A stretch of DNA of 64,000 nucleotides from Felis catus (taxonomy: Eukaryota): the NCBI RefSeq assembly GCF_018350175.1, contig NC_058368.1, positions 55,988,001 to 56,052,000 on the forward strand, in the 5' to 3' direction. Position 1 is the first letter of the stretch; the number at the start of each line of letters is the position of its first letter. The position numbers and the translations under genes are program-made. Below the pieces are notes generated by a model. It did no database searches, was not told the origin of the DNA, and worked only from the letters and a program-made list of their open reading frames with translations. Below, piece after piece: positions 13,145 through 25,388 of the stretch.

Positions 13145-13525
13145 TTTTAATGTGTTTTATTTTTTAAATTTATTGTCAAGTTAGCTAACATACACTGTAG
13201 TCTTGGCTTCAGGAGTAGATTCCTGAGATTCATCACTTACATACAACACCCAGTGCTCATCCCAACAAATACTGTCCTCAATGCCCATCACTCACCTCCC
13301 CCACCACCCCCCAAACCTCCATCCCCGTCAACCCTCAGTTTGTTCCCTGTATTTAATAGTCTCTTATGGTTTGCCTCCCTCTCTGTTTGTAACTTCTTTT
13401 TCCTTCCCTTCCCCACGGTCTTCTGTTAAGTTTCTCAGATTCCACATATGAGTGAAATCATATCTGTCTTTCTCTGACTGACTTATTTCACTTACCATGG
13501 TAACCTCCAGTTCATCCATGTTGCT
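13145..13525 (-). mobile_element. 5'-truncated carnivore/feliform L1 3' end
   Basis: Poly-T start and L1 3' UTR (catacaacacccagtgctcatccc). ORF 13364-13660 contains the ORF2 C-terminal motif SEISQSEKD. Confidence 0.9.
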
Positions 13526-14384
13526 TGCGCAAGTTACTTGAAATAGTGGATACCTTAACGTATTGATGAATACTTTATAAGAGGCCCAATAATGGAAAGT
13601 TTGTGATTTTAAATTATTTAACTGCAAACATATGGCATCAAAATGTATATAAAGTAACATTTATAAATAGTTAAATTATTGCATTCTTTGTAGGAAAAAA
13701 TGTACTTGCCCATAAAGTGATACACACAAACATACTGTCACACAGATAATCAGGAATCTTAAGTGTTAACTGCAGATTGGTTTTCAATTCAGCGACCTAT
13801 TAAATTCCAATAATCTCACCAAATCAACATCCTGTAGAAAACTAAAGTTGTCCCAGATAGTTGTCTAAATTTAAACAGGATTATGTATTTAATATCACCT
13901 CCGTTTCTAGGCTCCTGTGTCATATATAGTGCATTGTTTGGTCCCTTTTATCCACATATAAAAAAGTAAACAAATACAAACAACACATGGACACTTGGTA
14001 TACTTTCTCTCCCTAATCACTTTACTGCTTGTTAGTTATTAATGTCCCTCTACATGTTTGAGTTGTAGAGATGGAAAAATGTCAAGGAAATAGAAAATAG
14101 GAAGACATGCTGATGGTGTTTTATTTGAGTGGTTAGATTATAATATTTTTAAGAGGTCTTCTTTGGCTTGTTTTGATTGTTTTCAATTGTTCTGAGTACT
14201 ATTTTTTCACATAACTAGTATAACAGAAACAATCTAATCCTACCAAATAAACCCCATAAAACTCTTCAGCTATAAGGTTTTTATAGTTATTGCCAAGCCT
14301 CTTCTGATGAGTCTTGTCACAGATTGAAAAAGGAGAAGGGGCGAGAAGGGAGAGTTCTACGTAATAAAAGATCTTGAGATTATT

Positions 14385-14598
14385 ATATTTTTATTAAATT
14401 TTTTACATTTTTATTTATTTTTGAGAGACAGAGCACAAGTGGGGAGGGGCAGAGAGAGAATGAGACACAGAATCCGAAGCAGGCTCCAGGCTCTGAGCTG
14501 TCAGCACAGAGCCCAATGCAGGGCTCCAACTCACAAACTGTGAGATTGTGACCTGAGACGAAGTTGAACGCTTAACCGACTGAGCCACCCAGGTGCCC
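14385..14598 (-). mobile_element. Can-SINE
   Basis: Antisense SINE; TSD TGAGATTATT at 14375-14384 and 14599-14608. Confidence 0.95.
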
Positions 14599-14637
14599 TG
14601 AGATTATTTTAAATGTCTTTTTAAAAATACAAATTCC

Positions 14638-14865
14638 GGGGCGCCTGGGTGGCGCAGTTGGTTAAGCGTCCGACTTCAGCCAGGTCACGATCTTGCGGTC
14701 CGTGAGTTCGAGCCCCGCGTCAGGCTCTGGGCTGATGGCTCAGAGCCTGGAGCCTGTTTCCGATTCTGTGTCTCCCTCTCTCTCTGCCCCTCCCCCGTTC
14801 ATGCTCTGTCTCTCTCTGTCCCAAAAATAAATAAACGTTGAAAAAAAATTAAAAAAAAATAAAGA
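14638..14865 (+). mobile_element. Young feline Can-SINE
   Basis: CpG-rich copy with perfect 16-bp TSD TAAAAATACAAATTCC at 14622-14637 and 14866-14881. Confidence 0.97.
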
Positions 14866-14978
14866 TAAAAATACAAATTCCATGGAACTTTAAATAAAAC
14901 TTATATTAATAATAACTATTTGTTCACTAAACACTTGTATTATTATCTCAGTTAATGCTCTCAAAACATCCATGGATT

Positions 14979-14981
<3 letters not shown>

Positions 14982-15014
<33 letters not shown>
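14982..15014. repeat. (GT)n microsatellite
   Basis: Seen directly. Confidence 0.95.
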
Positions 15015-15016
<2 letters not shown>

Positions 15017-15579
15017 GTATGCTGTGGGTTAGGTATATTGTCCAAAAGAACCTACTAATACAAATATGAAGTTGTCAAAAGATTTAAAAGACTTGCATTG
15101 GCAATAGCTTCTTGTTGTTTGCTATGTTAACTCTTTTTGTCAGGATTTCAAAATTCCTTGTTTTACATTAACCTTTTACTACTTCCAAAAGGATTACTTC
15201 AACTGAGTCTGACTTGTCTCTGTATTGTTATCCTTTAGCCTAGGGTCACCTCTTTCTTATATTCTTGTTTTTCTATAGTCTGAATGTAGCTTTTAGTCCT
15301 TTAATGCACATATTCTTTAAAAATTCTGTTCACTCACAACATTCTCTGTAGTTTTTAATAACTGTTCTGGCTCACATATATATTCTTCCAACTTAAATGT
15401 CTCTCATTAATTGATTAATACTGAGTGTCTTTACGAGAAATATTGGGCACTTATACTTGTTACTACATGGCAATATAGTAAATACTAATTTATCAACTGG
15501 TATTTGCTATAGTTTTGTTTCACAACCATGTATAATTAATTGTTCCTTAGAATTCCCCATTAATCTAGAATGTACTGAA

Positions 15580-15766
15580 GGGGTACCTGGATGGCTCAGT
15601 TGTTAAGCATCTGACTTTGGCTCAGGTTATGATCTCACAGTTCGTGTGTTCAAGCCCCACATTAGATGAGCTCAAGGCCTGCTTCAGGTGAGCCCCACTT
15701 TGGGTAAGCTCTGCCTCTCTGTCTTTCTCTTTCCCTCTCTTTCTCTGTCTCTGCCCCTCCTGGGAT
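15580..15766 (+). mobile_element. Variant Can-SINE with repeated 22-bp B-box unit, 3' end missing
   Basis: SINE head, then tcaagccccacattagatgagc / tcaaggcctgcttcaggtgagc / cccactttgggtaagc, a CT tract, and an abrupt end at cccctcctgggat. Confidence 0.88.
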
Positions 15767-16099
15767 ATGATTATAGAAATTAATTTGAAATTTGTTATGT
15801 GAAGAAAGGGAATTATCTTCAGATTATATGCATAAAAATCTAATAATCATTTTATGAATTTCAAAATACTAGGAAATGCATTAGGATTCTATCAAGAAAA
15901 AATAAAAATGGAAGTAAGCACATATTTTACTGATTTGTTTTAATCTTGTAAGATTTAATGAAATCAAGTTTTTAATGTTTTTAAAAACATTTCAAGTTGT
16001 ATGATTTTATTCTCTCTGGCTTTTAGTTGTCAATACCATATTTTAGAAATTGTTTCAGCTTTGTTCAGAGAAAACCTGGAAATGCAAATCAGTGAAAAG

Positions 16100-16320
16100 A
16101 GTGTAAAATGAAGCAAGGCAGTTTGGAGTCAAACTGCACAGGTTCAAATATTGCTTCTGCCATGTGTTAGCTGAGTGTCAAAAGGGAGTTAATCCCTTGT
16201 AAGAGAGTTTTCTCTTCAGTAAAATGGAATAGTAGTCCCTGCCTCACAGTTTTGCTGTGAATATATTAAAAATTAATAAATGTAAACTGAAATATTGTCT
16301 AACATTAGTAAATATCATGT
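16100..16320 (+). mobile_element. MIR SINE
   Basis: tttggagtcaaactg..ggttcaaat..ctgcca..agctgagtg..gtaaaatgg..cctcacag matches MIR. Confidence 0.8.
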
Positions 16321-16501
16321 TTTCTATTTTTTTTATGTTCTTAGGATTCATTAGAATCTGAGAGATGATGAATATGGTTTTTGAGTTACCTCATTTAGCA
16401 AAATAATGTGGAATATTTTTTCAACACAACCCACTATCTCTAGTTTCAGTGGAATATAATAAATATTCTGGTATAAAGATTTCCAATGATAAAGAAAAAT
16501 G

Positions 16502-16710
16502 TTTTGTTTGATTGTTTATTTGTTTGTTTGCTTTAGAAAGAGTGGGAACGCACTGGGGGAGACAGAGAGAAGGACAGAGAGGGAATCTTAAACAGGCCGT
16601 ATGCTCAGTGTGGAGCCCAATGTAGGGCTCTGTCTCACAACCCCGGGATCATGACTGGAGCCCAAATCAAGAGTCAGATGCTCAAACTAACTGCACCACC
16701 CAGACACCCC
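16502..16710 (-). mobile_element. Can-SINE (older)
   Basis: Antisense SINE ending cacccagacacccc. Confidence 0.9.
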
Positions 16711-17417
16711 AGAAAAGAGATGTTTTTTAAATGTCTCACTTGCAAGAGACTAAAATAACTGTTTTCTGTGTATATTTTCTTGTTCAAAGTTGCCTGACAT
16801 TTGCAAATTTGGCATGTAATATTTCATTAGCAAAATTTAGATTTGGTGTACTAAGTCTGATATTTAAAAAAGTTACAAGGAAAGAATCAGAGGAATAAGA
16901 GGCTCTTTGATAAATAGAGGAGAGGAAAAATATTTCTCTTGAAGACATGTTTTGTTTGCCTGGAGACTAACATCATTATCATGGAGTGTTTTGTCATTTC
17001 TTGTTGCCTTTGAGTCTGTATCAGTGACCTTTGGGGCCCAAATAAAGAACAGGGCAGGCGCTTGGTGGTAGATCCTGTGAGTTTTAGAAGACAAATGGTA
17101 AGATAAAAACTTAAGTGTTGCATTTTAAAGTTGAAAGTAGGAGAGAACATGGGGTATTTTCAAAAATCAGGTGGCTCCCCAGGGATTTGTATGACTTCCT
17201 CTAAAGTCAAATATGTATTTAGAACAATAATTTGACTTGAGGATGAATTGAGATAAATAGCCTCATTAATCTGTAGCCAGGTGTGTATTGGCAGGTTTGA
17301 AAGTATGTGTGCAGTAGATTCCTGGAAAAGCTGAGACTTTAGGAATAAAAATGGAAAAAGTATATCCTTTGCTTCTACATGACTTCCCACGGATGGCATA
17401 AAAAGTAAAACTTTGGA

Positions 17418-17630
17418 GGGGTGCCTGGGTGGCTCAGTTGGTTAAGCAACCTGCATCAGCTCAGGTCATGATCTCATGGTCTATCAGTTCGAGCCCCGCA
17501 TTGGGCTCTGTGCTGACCGCCCAGAGCCTGGAGCCTGCTTCAGATTCTGTCTCCCATTCTCTCTGCACCTCCCCCACTCATGCTCTGTCTCCCTCTTTCT
17601 CTCAGAAATAAATAAACATTAAAAAAAAAA
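17418..17630 (+). mobile_element. Can-SINE (first of a tandem pair)
   Basis: Complete head, CT tract and A-tail. Confidence 0.95.
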
Positions 17631-17832
17631 GCCACTTTGAGTGGCTCAATCGGTTAAAACATCCGACTTGATCTCAGCTCAAGTCATGATCTTGATTCAT
17701 GAGTTCAAGCCCTACATTGGGCTCTGTGCTTAGAGTGAGGGGCCTGCTTGGGATTCCCTCTCTCCCTATCTGCTCTTCTTCCCCTCATTCTCACTCTCTC
17801 TCTCTCTCAAAATAAATAAATAAACCTTAAAT
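17631..17832 (+). mobile_element. Can-SINE (second of a tandem pair, older type)
   Basis: Starts directly after the A-tail of the first; cctgcttgggatt-type body. Confidence 0.9.
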
Positions 17833-17914
17833 AAAAAGTAAAGCATTGCACAGATATGGACATTTAGAGATTAGTATCGCCAAGATTCTCACTGACATAA
17901 TATTAATAGATAAA

Positions 17915-18025
17915 ATTTTTGCATTACTCTGATGCTAAGTTATTTCTATTAATCCTCATGACAACCCTAGAAAGTAGAATCCTTTATCATACCCATTACC
18001 AAATGAGGAAACACAGCACAGTTAT
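17915..18025 (-). mobile_element. MIR fragment
   Basis: taatcctcatgacaaccct...cccatt..aaatgaggaaac matches the antisense MIR core. Confidence 0.75.
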
Positions 18026-19227
18026 TAAGTAGTGGGGTGTGCATTATATTTGTACATTAAGTTTAAGTTGATGTTTAATCTTAATAATTTTAAGAGTAAC
18101 CAGTTCCTAAATATTGGAATTAAAAAATATATATATTTATAATTTTATATAAATATAAAGGTCAATTGCCAATTGTTGTGAAATCAATGTCTCACATTAC
18201 TTCATAGAACTATATTGTATTTAAACATACAAGTTTTTTAAATTTTCTAATTTTTTTAATTTTTTACCATTTTTATTTTAATTTTATTCCAGTAGAGTTA
18301 ACATACAATCTTACATTAGTTTCAGGTGTACAATCCAGTGACTCAGCAATTCTATACAATTCTTACTTCGTGATCATGAAGATAAGTGTTACTCTTAATC
18401 CCCTTCACTTATTTCACCTGTCCTCCCACCTGCCTCCCCTCTAGTAACCATCTGTTCTCTATAGTTAAAAGTCTGTTTTTTGGTTTGCCTGTCTCTCTCT
18501 CTCTCGCTCTCTCTTTTTTTTTTTTTTTGCTTTGTGTATTTGTTTTGCTTTGTAAATTCCACATATGAGTGAAATCATATGGTATTTGTCTTTCTCTGAC
18601 TTATTTCACTTAGCATTATACTCTCTAGCTCCGTCCATGCCATTGCAAATGACAAGGTTTTATTCTTTTTTTTTTGGCTGAATAATACTCCATTGTTTAT
18701 ATATACCACCTCTTCTTTATCCATTCCTCTATCAGTGAGCACTTAGGTTGCTTCCATAATTTGGCTATTGTAAATAATGCTGCAATAAACATGGAGGTAC
18801 ATATATTCTTTTAAATTAGTGTTTTTGTACTCTTTGGGTAAATACCCAGTAGTGTGATCACTGGATCATTGGGTAGTTTTAATTTGCGTTTCCCTGATGA
18901 TGAGATATGTTGAGCATCTCTTCATATGTCTGTTGGTCATCTATATGTCTTCTTTGTAGAAACATTTGCTCATGTCTTCTTCCCATTTTAATTGGATTAT
19001 TATGTTTGTTTTTTGAGTGTTGAGTTTTAAAAGTTCTTTATATATTTTGGTTACTAAGCCTTCATCAGATATGTCATTTGCAAATATCGTGTCCTATTCT
19101 GTAAGTTGCCTTATAGTTTTTTTGTTATTGTTGTTGTTGTTGTTCTGTGTGGAAGCTTTTTATTTTGATAAAGTCTCAATAGTTTATTTTTGCTTTTGTT
19201 TCCCTTGCCTCTAGGGATACAACCAGA

Positions 19228-19433
19228 GGGGTGCTTGGGTGGCTCAGTCATTAAGCATCTGACTTTGGCTTAGATCGTGATCTCATAGTTTGTGAGTTCT
19301 AGCTCTGCATCAGGCTCTCTGCTGTCAGCACAGAGCCCACTTTGGACCCTCTGTCCCTCTCTTTCTCTGGCCCTCCCCTGCTTGCACTCTCTCTGTGTCT
19401 CTCCCAAAATAAATAAATAAACTTAAAAAAAAA
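19228..19433 (+). mobile_element. Can-SINE nested in L1
   Basis: SINE head, CT tract and A-tail interrupting antisense ORF2. Confidence 0.93.
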
Positions 19434-20985
19434 GGGAGAGATCTGGGAAAATGTTACAGCTGATGTCAGAAATTATAGGTGATATCTGTACTGTCTACTA
19501 GGATTTTTATTGTTTCAGGTCTCACATTTAAATCTTTAATCCATTTTGAGTTTATTTTTGTGTGTGGTGAAAGAAAATGGTACATTTTTTTGTATGTAGG
19601 TATCTAGTTTTCCAACACCACTTGTTGAAGAGGCTGTCTTTTTCCCATTGCATATTCTTGCTTCCTTTGTAAAAGATTAATTTACATAATTTTGGGTTAT
19701 TTCTGGGCTTTCTGTTCTGTCCCATTGATCTTTCTTTGTTTTAGTGCCAGTACCATAGTGTTTTGAGTACTATGGCTTTGTAGCATAATGTGAAAGCAGG
19801 AATTTTGAGACTTCCAGTTGTGTTTTTCTTTTTCAAGATTGTTTTAGCTATTTGGGTTCTTATGCAGTTCCATACAAATTTTAGGATTCTTTGTTCTAGT
19901 TCTGTGAAAAATGCTGTTAGTAATTTGACAGAGATTGCATTGAATCTGTAAATTCCTTTGGGTAGAACTTTGGGTATACTTCTAGCTAAAGACTTCTATT
20001 CTTTTCTCAAGCCCAGAAAGTATTATGATTATTGCTTTAAATTCTCTATCAAGCATGTTACTTATATCTATTTCAATTAGATCTCTGGTCGTGACCTTAT
20101 CTTGATCTTTCACTTAGGATGAATTCCTTCATCTTGGCATTTTGTTTAAGTCTCTGTCATCTTCTGTGTGTTAGAAAAGCCTGTATGTTTCCTGCTCCTG
20201 AGAGTAATGGCTTTATGAAGTAGAGGTCATATAATGTCCAGGGTCTGGCACTTCATGGAGTGTCTCTGGTGTGTGCTGTGTGCACTATGCTGCTGTGTTT
20301 TGGCTGCTCTATCCTCCAGGCCAGTCATCTGCAGAGGTTCTCCTTGGTTGCAGTGGGCAGTGTTTGGTCCTTGGCCAGAGTGTGGTGAGTTTTAACTAGG
20401 TGTTCTCTGGTCAGCTTGTTAAATGAGACCTGATGCTACTTCCACTATAACTGAAGCTCTGCAGAACTCTGGGAGATGTGTTGTGGGCAGGGGTTTCTGC
20501 TAGCCTTCTGGGGAAGGGGCCTTTTGTGCTGGGACTGAGGCAAACTTGACCCAGAAGGGCAGTACTTTCAGAGTGCAAAAGTGTGGGACATGGCGTAAGC
20601 AGGGTAGGCAGCCAGTGCCAGTGTCAAAGCAAAGACAGTTCTGTGTTTGATCTCAGAGGTGGAGGAGGGAAATGGTGCCAGCCAGCCCCTTTCTCCCTGG
20701 AGAGGGGTCTCCAAAAACCTGACATGAGGGAACAACCTTCCTGCTGTGTGTCCCAGGTGCCCCCCAGATCACTACTTTCACACTGTCTGCCTCCGGACCA
20801 TTGCCTGCCTTCTCTCCAGGAGGAGTGCAGTGTCATCTGGGCTCTATCCCAGCCATGCCTGCTGACCTTTAAAACTCCAGTCTTCAAGCCTCTCTGGCTG
20901 CAAAATAAACCACAAAAATCAGCTCCTCTCATTTTGCCAGCCAATGGCTTTGGGGAAGTGTTCTCTTTATGCATTCCCCTGTGTG

Positions 20986-21036
<51 letters not shown>
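20986..21036. repeat. (CT)n microsatellite within L1 5' UTR
   Basis: Seen directly. Confidence 0.95.
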
Positions 21037-21040
<4 letters not shown>

Positions 21041-22384
21041 CCAGGGCTTGCTCCCTTGCACAGCACTTCTAGTTCCTTTCTCCCCTAAGCTATGACTTCT
21101 TCCTCAATGTGGTTTCTTCTGACCCTCTAGTTGTGGAGTTCGTTCTGTCAGGCTTCAGGTTGATTTCTTTGGTATTCAGAATGATTTGATAGTTATCTAG
21201 TTGTGTTCAAAAGACAAGACAAGCCTAGCATCCTCCTACTACACTGCCTTCCTAGCTTCCCCCTCCAAAATTTTTTATAATATAGTGTGTAGTGTTTTTA
21301 CTCTCATGACACAGATTTCCTACTCATTGTTAAATATGTCTCATGTAATCTCTTTAAAAATGAAGTGTATTTTGGTTAAATCAGTGGGAATGATGGAGTA
21401 AGGACCTTGAGAAAAATCTCCATAAAGCAATGAGAATAAGGGCAAAAATTGTTAGAATCAGTATTTTCAGAACTGTAAGTAATAACAAAAGTATGGCAGC
21501 ACTTTTTTACTGTTTTTTAATCTTCACTAAGAAGTGAATTATTTTTATACTCTCATTTAAATTATGACACATGATCTGTTTTACTATCATTATTACTCTT
21601 ATTACTTGACATGATAATAGTTTTGTAGCTTATAAATAATCACTTATTATACATTAGTGGTTTAGTTAGAAGTTCGAAACAATGATAAAAGAGATCACTT
21701 GTATACTGTTCACCTAGATTCATCAGATTATTTTTTGTTTAATTATCCAGTTAATATTATATATTCTCATAAATATTCTGTTTTTCTAAAGAGGTGCCAT
21801 AGGATCCATTTCAAAGATTCTGTAATATATTATTAATTTTCAGCTTTTATATATTTTAAAATGTAATGCATATTTTCATGCACTTAACTTTTGTCTTTTT
21901 TAGTGAAATCTTCAGGGTATAACTCAGGAGTATATTCTGAGCCAAAAGGGGTTGAATATTTTTGCAGCTCCTTTTCCCCTCTTTTTCTTTATTTTATTAT
22001 TTTTCCATCATAATAAGTGCATTCTTTGAACTCTATCACCCATTTCAGCCATCCTTCCACCCACCTCCCCTCTGGTAACCATCATTTTGTTCTCTCTAGT
22101 TAAGAGTCTGTTTCTTGGTTTGTCTCTCTCATTCTCTCTCTCTCTCTCTCTCTCTTTTGATTTTCATTCCTAATTTGTTTCATTCTTAAATTCCACATAT
22201 GAGTGTGATCATATGGTATTTGTCTTTCTCTGACTGACTCATTTCATTTAGCATTATACTCTCCAGTTCTATCCCTGTTACTACCAATGTTAAGATTTCA
22301 TTCTTTCTTATGGCTGAATAATATTCCATTGTGTATATATTCACTGCCTCTTCTTTATCCATTTCTCTATCAATAGACACTTGG

Positions 22385-22494
22385 GAGGCACCTGGCTGGC
22401 TCAGAAGAGCATGCAACTATTGATTGTGGCGTCATGAGTTCAAACCCCACGTTGGATATGGACATTACTTAAATAAATAAAACTTTTTAAAAAA
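22385..22494 (+). mobile_element. Short tRNA-like Can-SINE lacking the CT tract
   Basis: ggcacctggctggctcag...gagttcaaaccccacgttgg followed directly by an A-rich tail; flanked by cttggg on both sides. Confidence 0.85.
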
Positions 22495-22975
22495 TGAACT
22501 CTTGGGCTGCTTCCATAATTTGGCTATCATAAATAATGCTGCAATAAACACAAGGGTGCATGTAACCCTTAGAATTAGTGTTTCTATACTTTTCAGGTAA
22601 ATAGTGAGTAGTGTGATTATTGAATCATAGGGTAGTTCTATTTTTTAATTTTTCGAGGACTCTCTATACTATTTTCCACAGTGGTTGCATCAGTTTGCAT
22701 TCTCACCAACAGTGCAAGAAGGTTCCTTTTTCTCCCCATCCTCACCAACGCTTACAGTTTCTTGTGTTGTTGATTTTAGACACTCTGACAAGTGTGACGT
22801 GATTTTTCATTAGAGTTTTGATTTTAATTTCCCTGATGATGAGTGATATTGAGCATCTTTTCCTGTGTCTGTTGGCCATCTGGATGTCTTCTTTGTAGAA
22901 ATGTCTGTTCATGTCTTCTGCCTGTTTTTTTAGTTGGATTATTTGTTTTTGACTGTTGAGTTGTATCAGTTCTTT

Positions 22976-23194
22976 TTTTTTTAATTCTTTTTAACATTTA
23001 TTCATTTTTAAGAGACAGAGAAAGAGCGTAAGTGGGGGAGGGGCAGAGAGAGAAGGAGACACAGAATCCAAAGCAAGCTCCAGGCTCTGGGATGTCAGCA
23101 CAGAGCCCAGTGTAGGGAGTGAACCCACAAACCGTAAGATCATGACCTGAGCCAAAGTTGGATGCCCAACCGAATGGAGCCACCCAGGCACCCC
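22976..23194 (-). mobile_element. Can-SINE nested in L1
   Basis: TSD GTATCAGTTCTTT. Confidence 0.95.
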
Positions 23195-23641
23195 AAGTAT
23201 CAGTTCTTTGTATACTTTGGCTACTAATCTTTTATCCTAGATGGACTTTGCAAATATCTTCTCCCATTCTCTAAGTTGCCTTTTAGTTTTGGTTGATTGT
23301 TGCCTTTGCTGTGCAGAAACTTTTCCTGTAGACCTAATATTTTTTACTTTTATTTCTGTTGCCTCAGGAAACATATCTAGAAAAAATTTGCTATGTCCAG
23401 TGTCAGAGAATTTACTGCCTGTACCCCCGTCTAGGATTTTTAAAGACATTTAGGTCTTTAGCCATTTTGCTTTTATTTTCTATATGGTGAAAGAAAGTAG
23501 TCCAGTTCATTCTTTTTCATGCAGCTAGCCAGTTTTCTCTTTTGTTGAAGAGACTGTCTTTTTCTTATTGTGCATTAATTCCTCCTTTGTTGAAGTTTTA
23601 TTAACCATATAATCATGGGTTTATTTCTGGATTTTTTGTTC

Positions 23642-23865
23642 TTTTTTTCTTAATTTTTTTTAGTGTGTATTTTATTGAGACAGAGGAAGACAGGGCATGA
23701 GCGGGGGACAGGCAGAGAGAGAGACACACACACACAGAATCCAAAGCAGGCTCCAAGCTCTGAGCTGTCAGCACAGAGCCTGACGTGGGGCTAGAACTCA
23801 TCAACCGCGAGATCATGATCTGAGCTGAAGTCAGATGCTTAACCGACTGAGCCATCCAGGGGCCC
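23642..23865 (-). mobile_element. Can-SINE nested in L1
   Basis: Antisense SINE; degenerate TSD ending tgttcttttt. Confidence 0.93.
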
Positions 23866-24299
23866 TAGGGTCTTCTGTTCTTTTTCATCATTCCATGTGT
23901 CTATTTTTATGCCAGTAACACAGTAACATATTGTTTTAATAAGTGTCACTTTGTAGTGTAACTTGAAATCTGGAATTGTGATATCTGTTTTTTTTCCCCC
24001 CAAAGATTACTTTGGCTATTTAAGGTCTTTAGTATTACTTGTTCTAATTCTGTTAAAAAATGCTGTTTAGCATTTCAATAGAAATTGCATTAAATCTGTA
24101 GATCGCCTTGGATAGTATAGACATTTTAACAATATTTGTTCTTCCAACCCATGAGCATGGAATGTCTTTCCAGTTCTTTGTTTTGTCCTTAGTTTCTTTT
24201 GTCAGTGTCTTATAGTTTTCAGAGTACAGATCTTTCACCTCTTTGGTTAAGTTTATTCCTACATATTTTATTGTTTGGTGCACTTGTAAATGAAGTATT

Positions 24300-24515
24300 T
24301 TTTAATTTTTTTAATGTTTATTTTTAAGAGAGAGAGAGAGAGACAGAACACGAGTAGGGGAGGGACAGAGAGAGAGGGAGACACAGAATATGAAGCAGGC
24401 TTCAGGCTCTGAGCTGTCAGCACAGAGCCTGATGCAGGGGTTGAATTCATGGACTGTGAAATCATGACCTGAGCTGAAGTCAGATGCTTTACCACCTAAG
24501 CCACCCAGGTGCCCC
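24300..24515 (-). mobile_element. Can-SINE nested in L1
   Basis: Antisense SINE ending ccaggtgcccc. Confidence 0.93.
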
Positions 24516-24752
24516 TGGAATTGTTTTCTTAATTTCACTTACTGTTGCTTCATTATTAGTTCACAGTGTATAGGAATGCAACACATTTCTGCACATTGAT
24601 TTTATATCCTGCAACTTTACTGAGTTTATTTATCATTTCTAGTAGTTTTTTGATGCAGGTTTTTCTGTTTATAGCATCATGTCATCTGCAAATAGTGAGA
24701 GTTTTACTTCTTTCTTACCAGTTTGAATGCCTTTTATTTCTTTATGTTTTCT

Positions 24753-25094
<342 letters not shown>

Positions 25095-25205
25095 ATTTCT
25101 TTATGTTTTCTAACAGCTGTTGCTAGGACTTCTAGTACTATATTGAATAGAAGTGGTGAGAGGTAACAACATCCTTGTCCTGTTCCTGATCTTAGTGGAA
25201 GCTTT

Positions 25206-25357
25206 GCAACATTTTATAATACTAATATTATTATGACAGTATAAAGATAAGCTCAATATACCAAGATGATATAAAATTATTAAAATATGTGTACCTAATA
25301 ATAGAACCCCCAAAATATGAAACAGTGTGCTAGGATTAGCAGCCTGGGGGGGGGAGA

Positions 25358-25388
<31 letters not shown>

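Larger units (their letters stand above)
18250..21264 (-). mobile_element. Carnivore L1 keeping 3' end and 5' UTR but with a large internal deletion
   Basis: 3' UTR and ORF2 C-terminus at 18250-19965. From about 19990 the sequence is homologous to the ORF1-start/5' UTR part of the L1 at 47820-49250. Confidence 0.85.

Noticed and set aside
16873..17399. Cluster of short minus-strand ORFs in unique sequence
   Set aside because: No recognisable protein similarity, consistent frame or splice signals.
20583..21095. 170-aa and 145-aa opposite-strand ORFs in GC-richer sequence
   Set aside because: They lie in an L1 5' UTR and span a (CT)n tract. The homologous region at 48600-49000 shares only a short stretch, with no conserved full-length frame.
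22385..22470. tRNA-like sequence
   Set aside because: It is the tRNA-derived head of a short Can-SINE with an A-tail; no intact cloverleaf.
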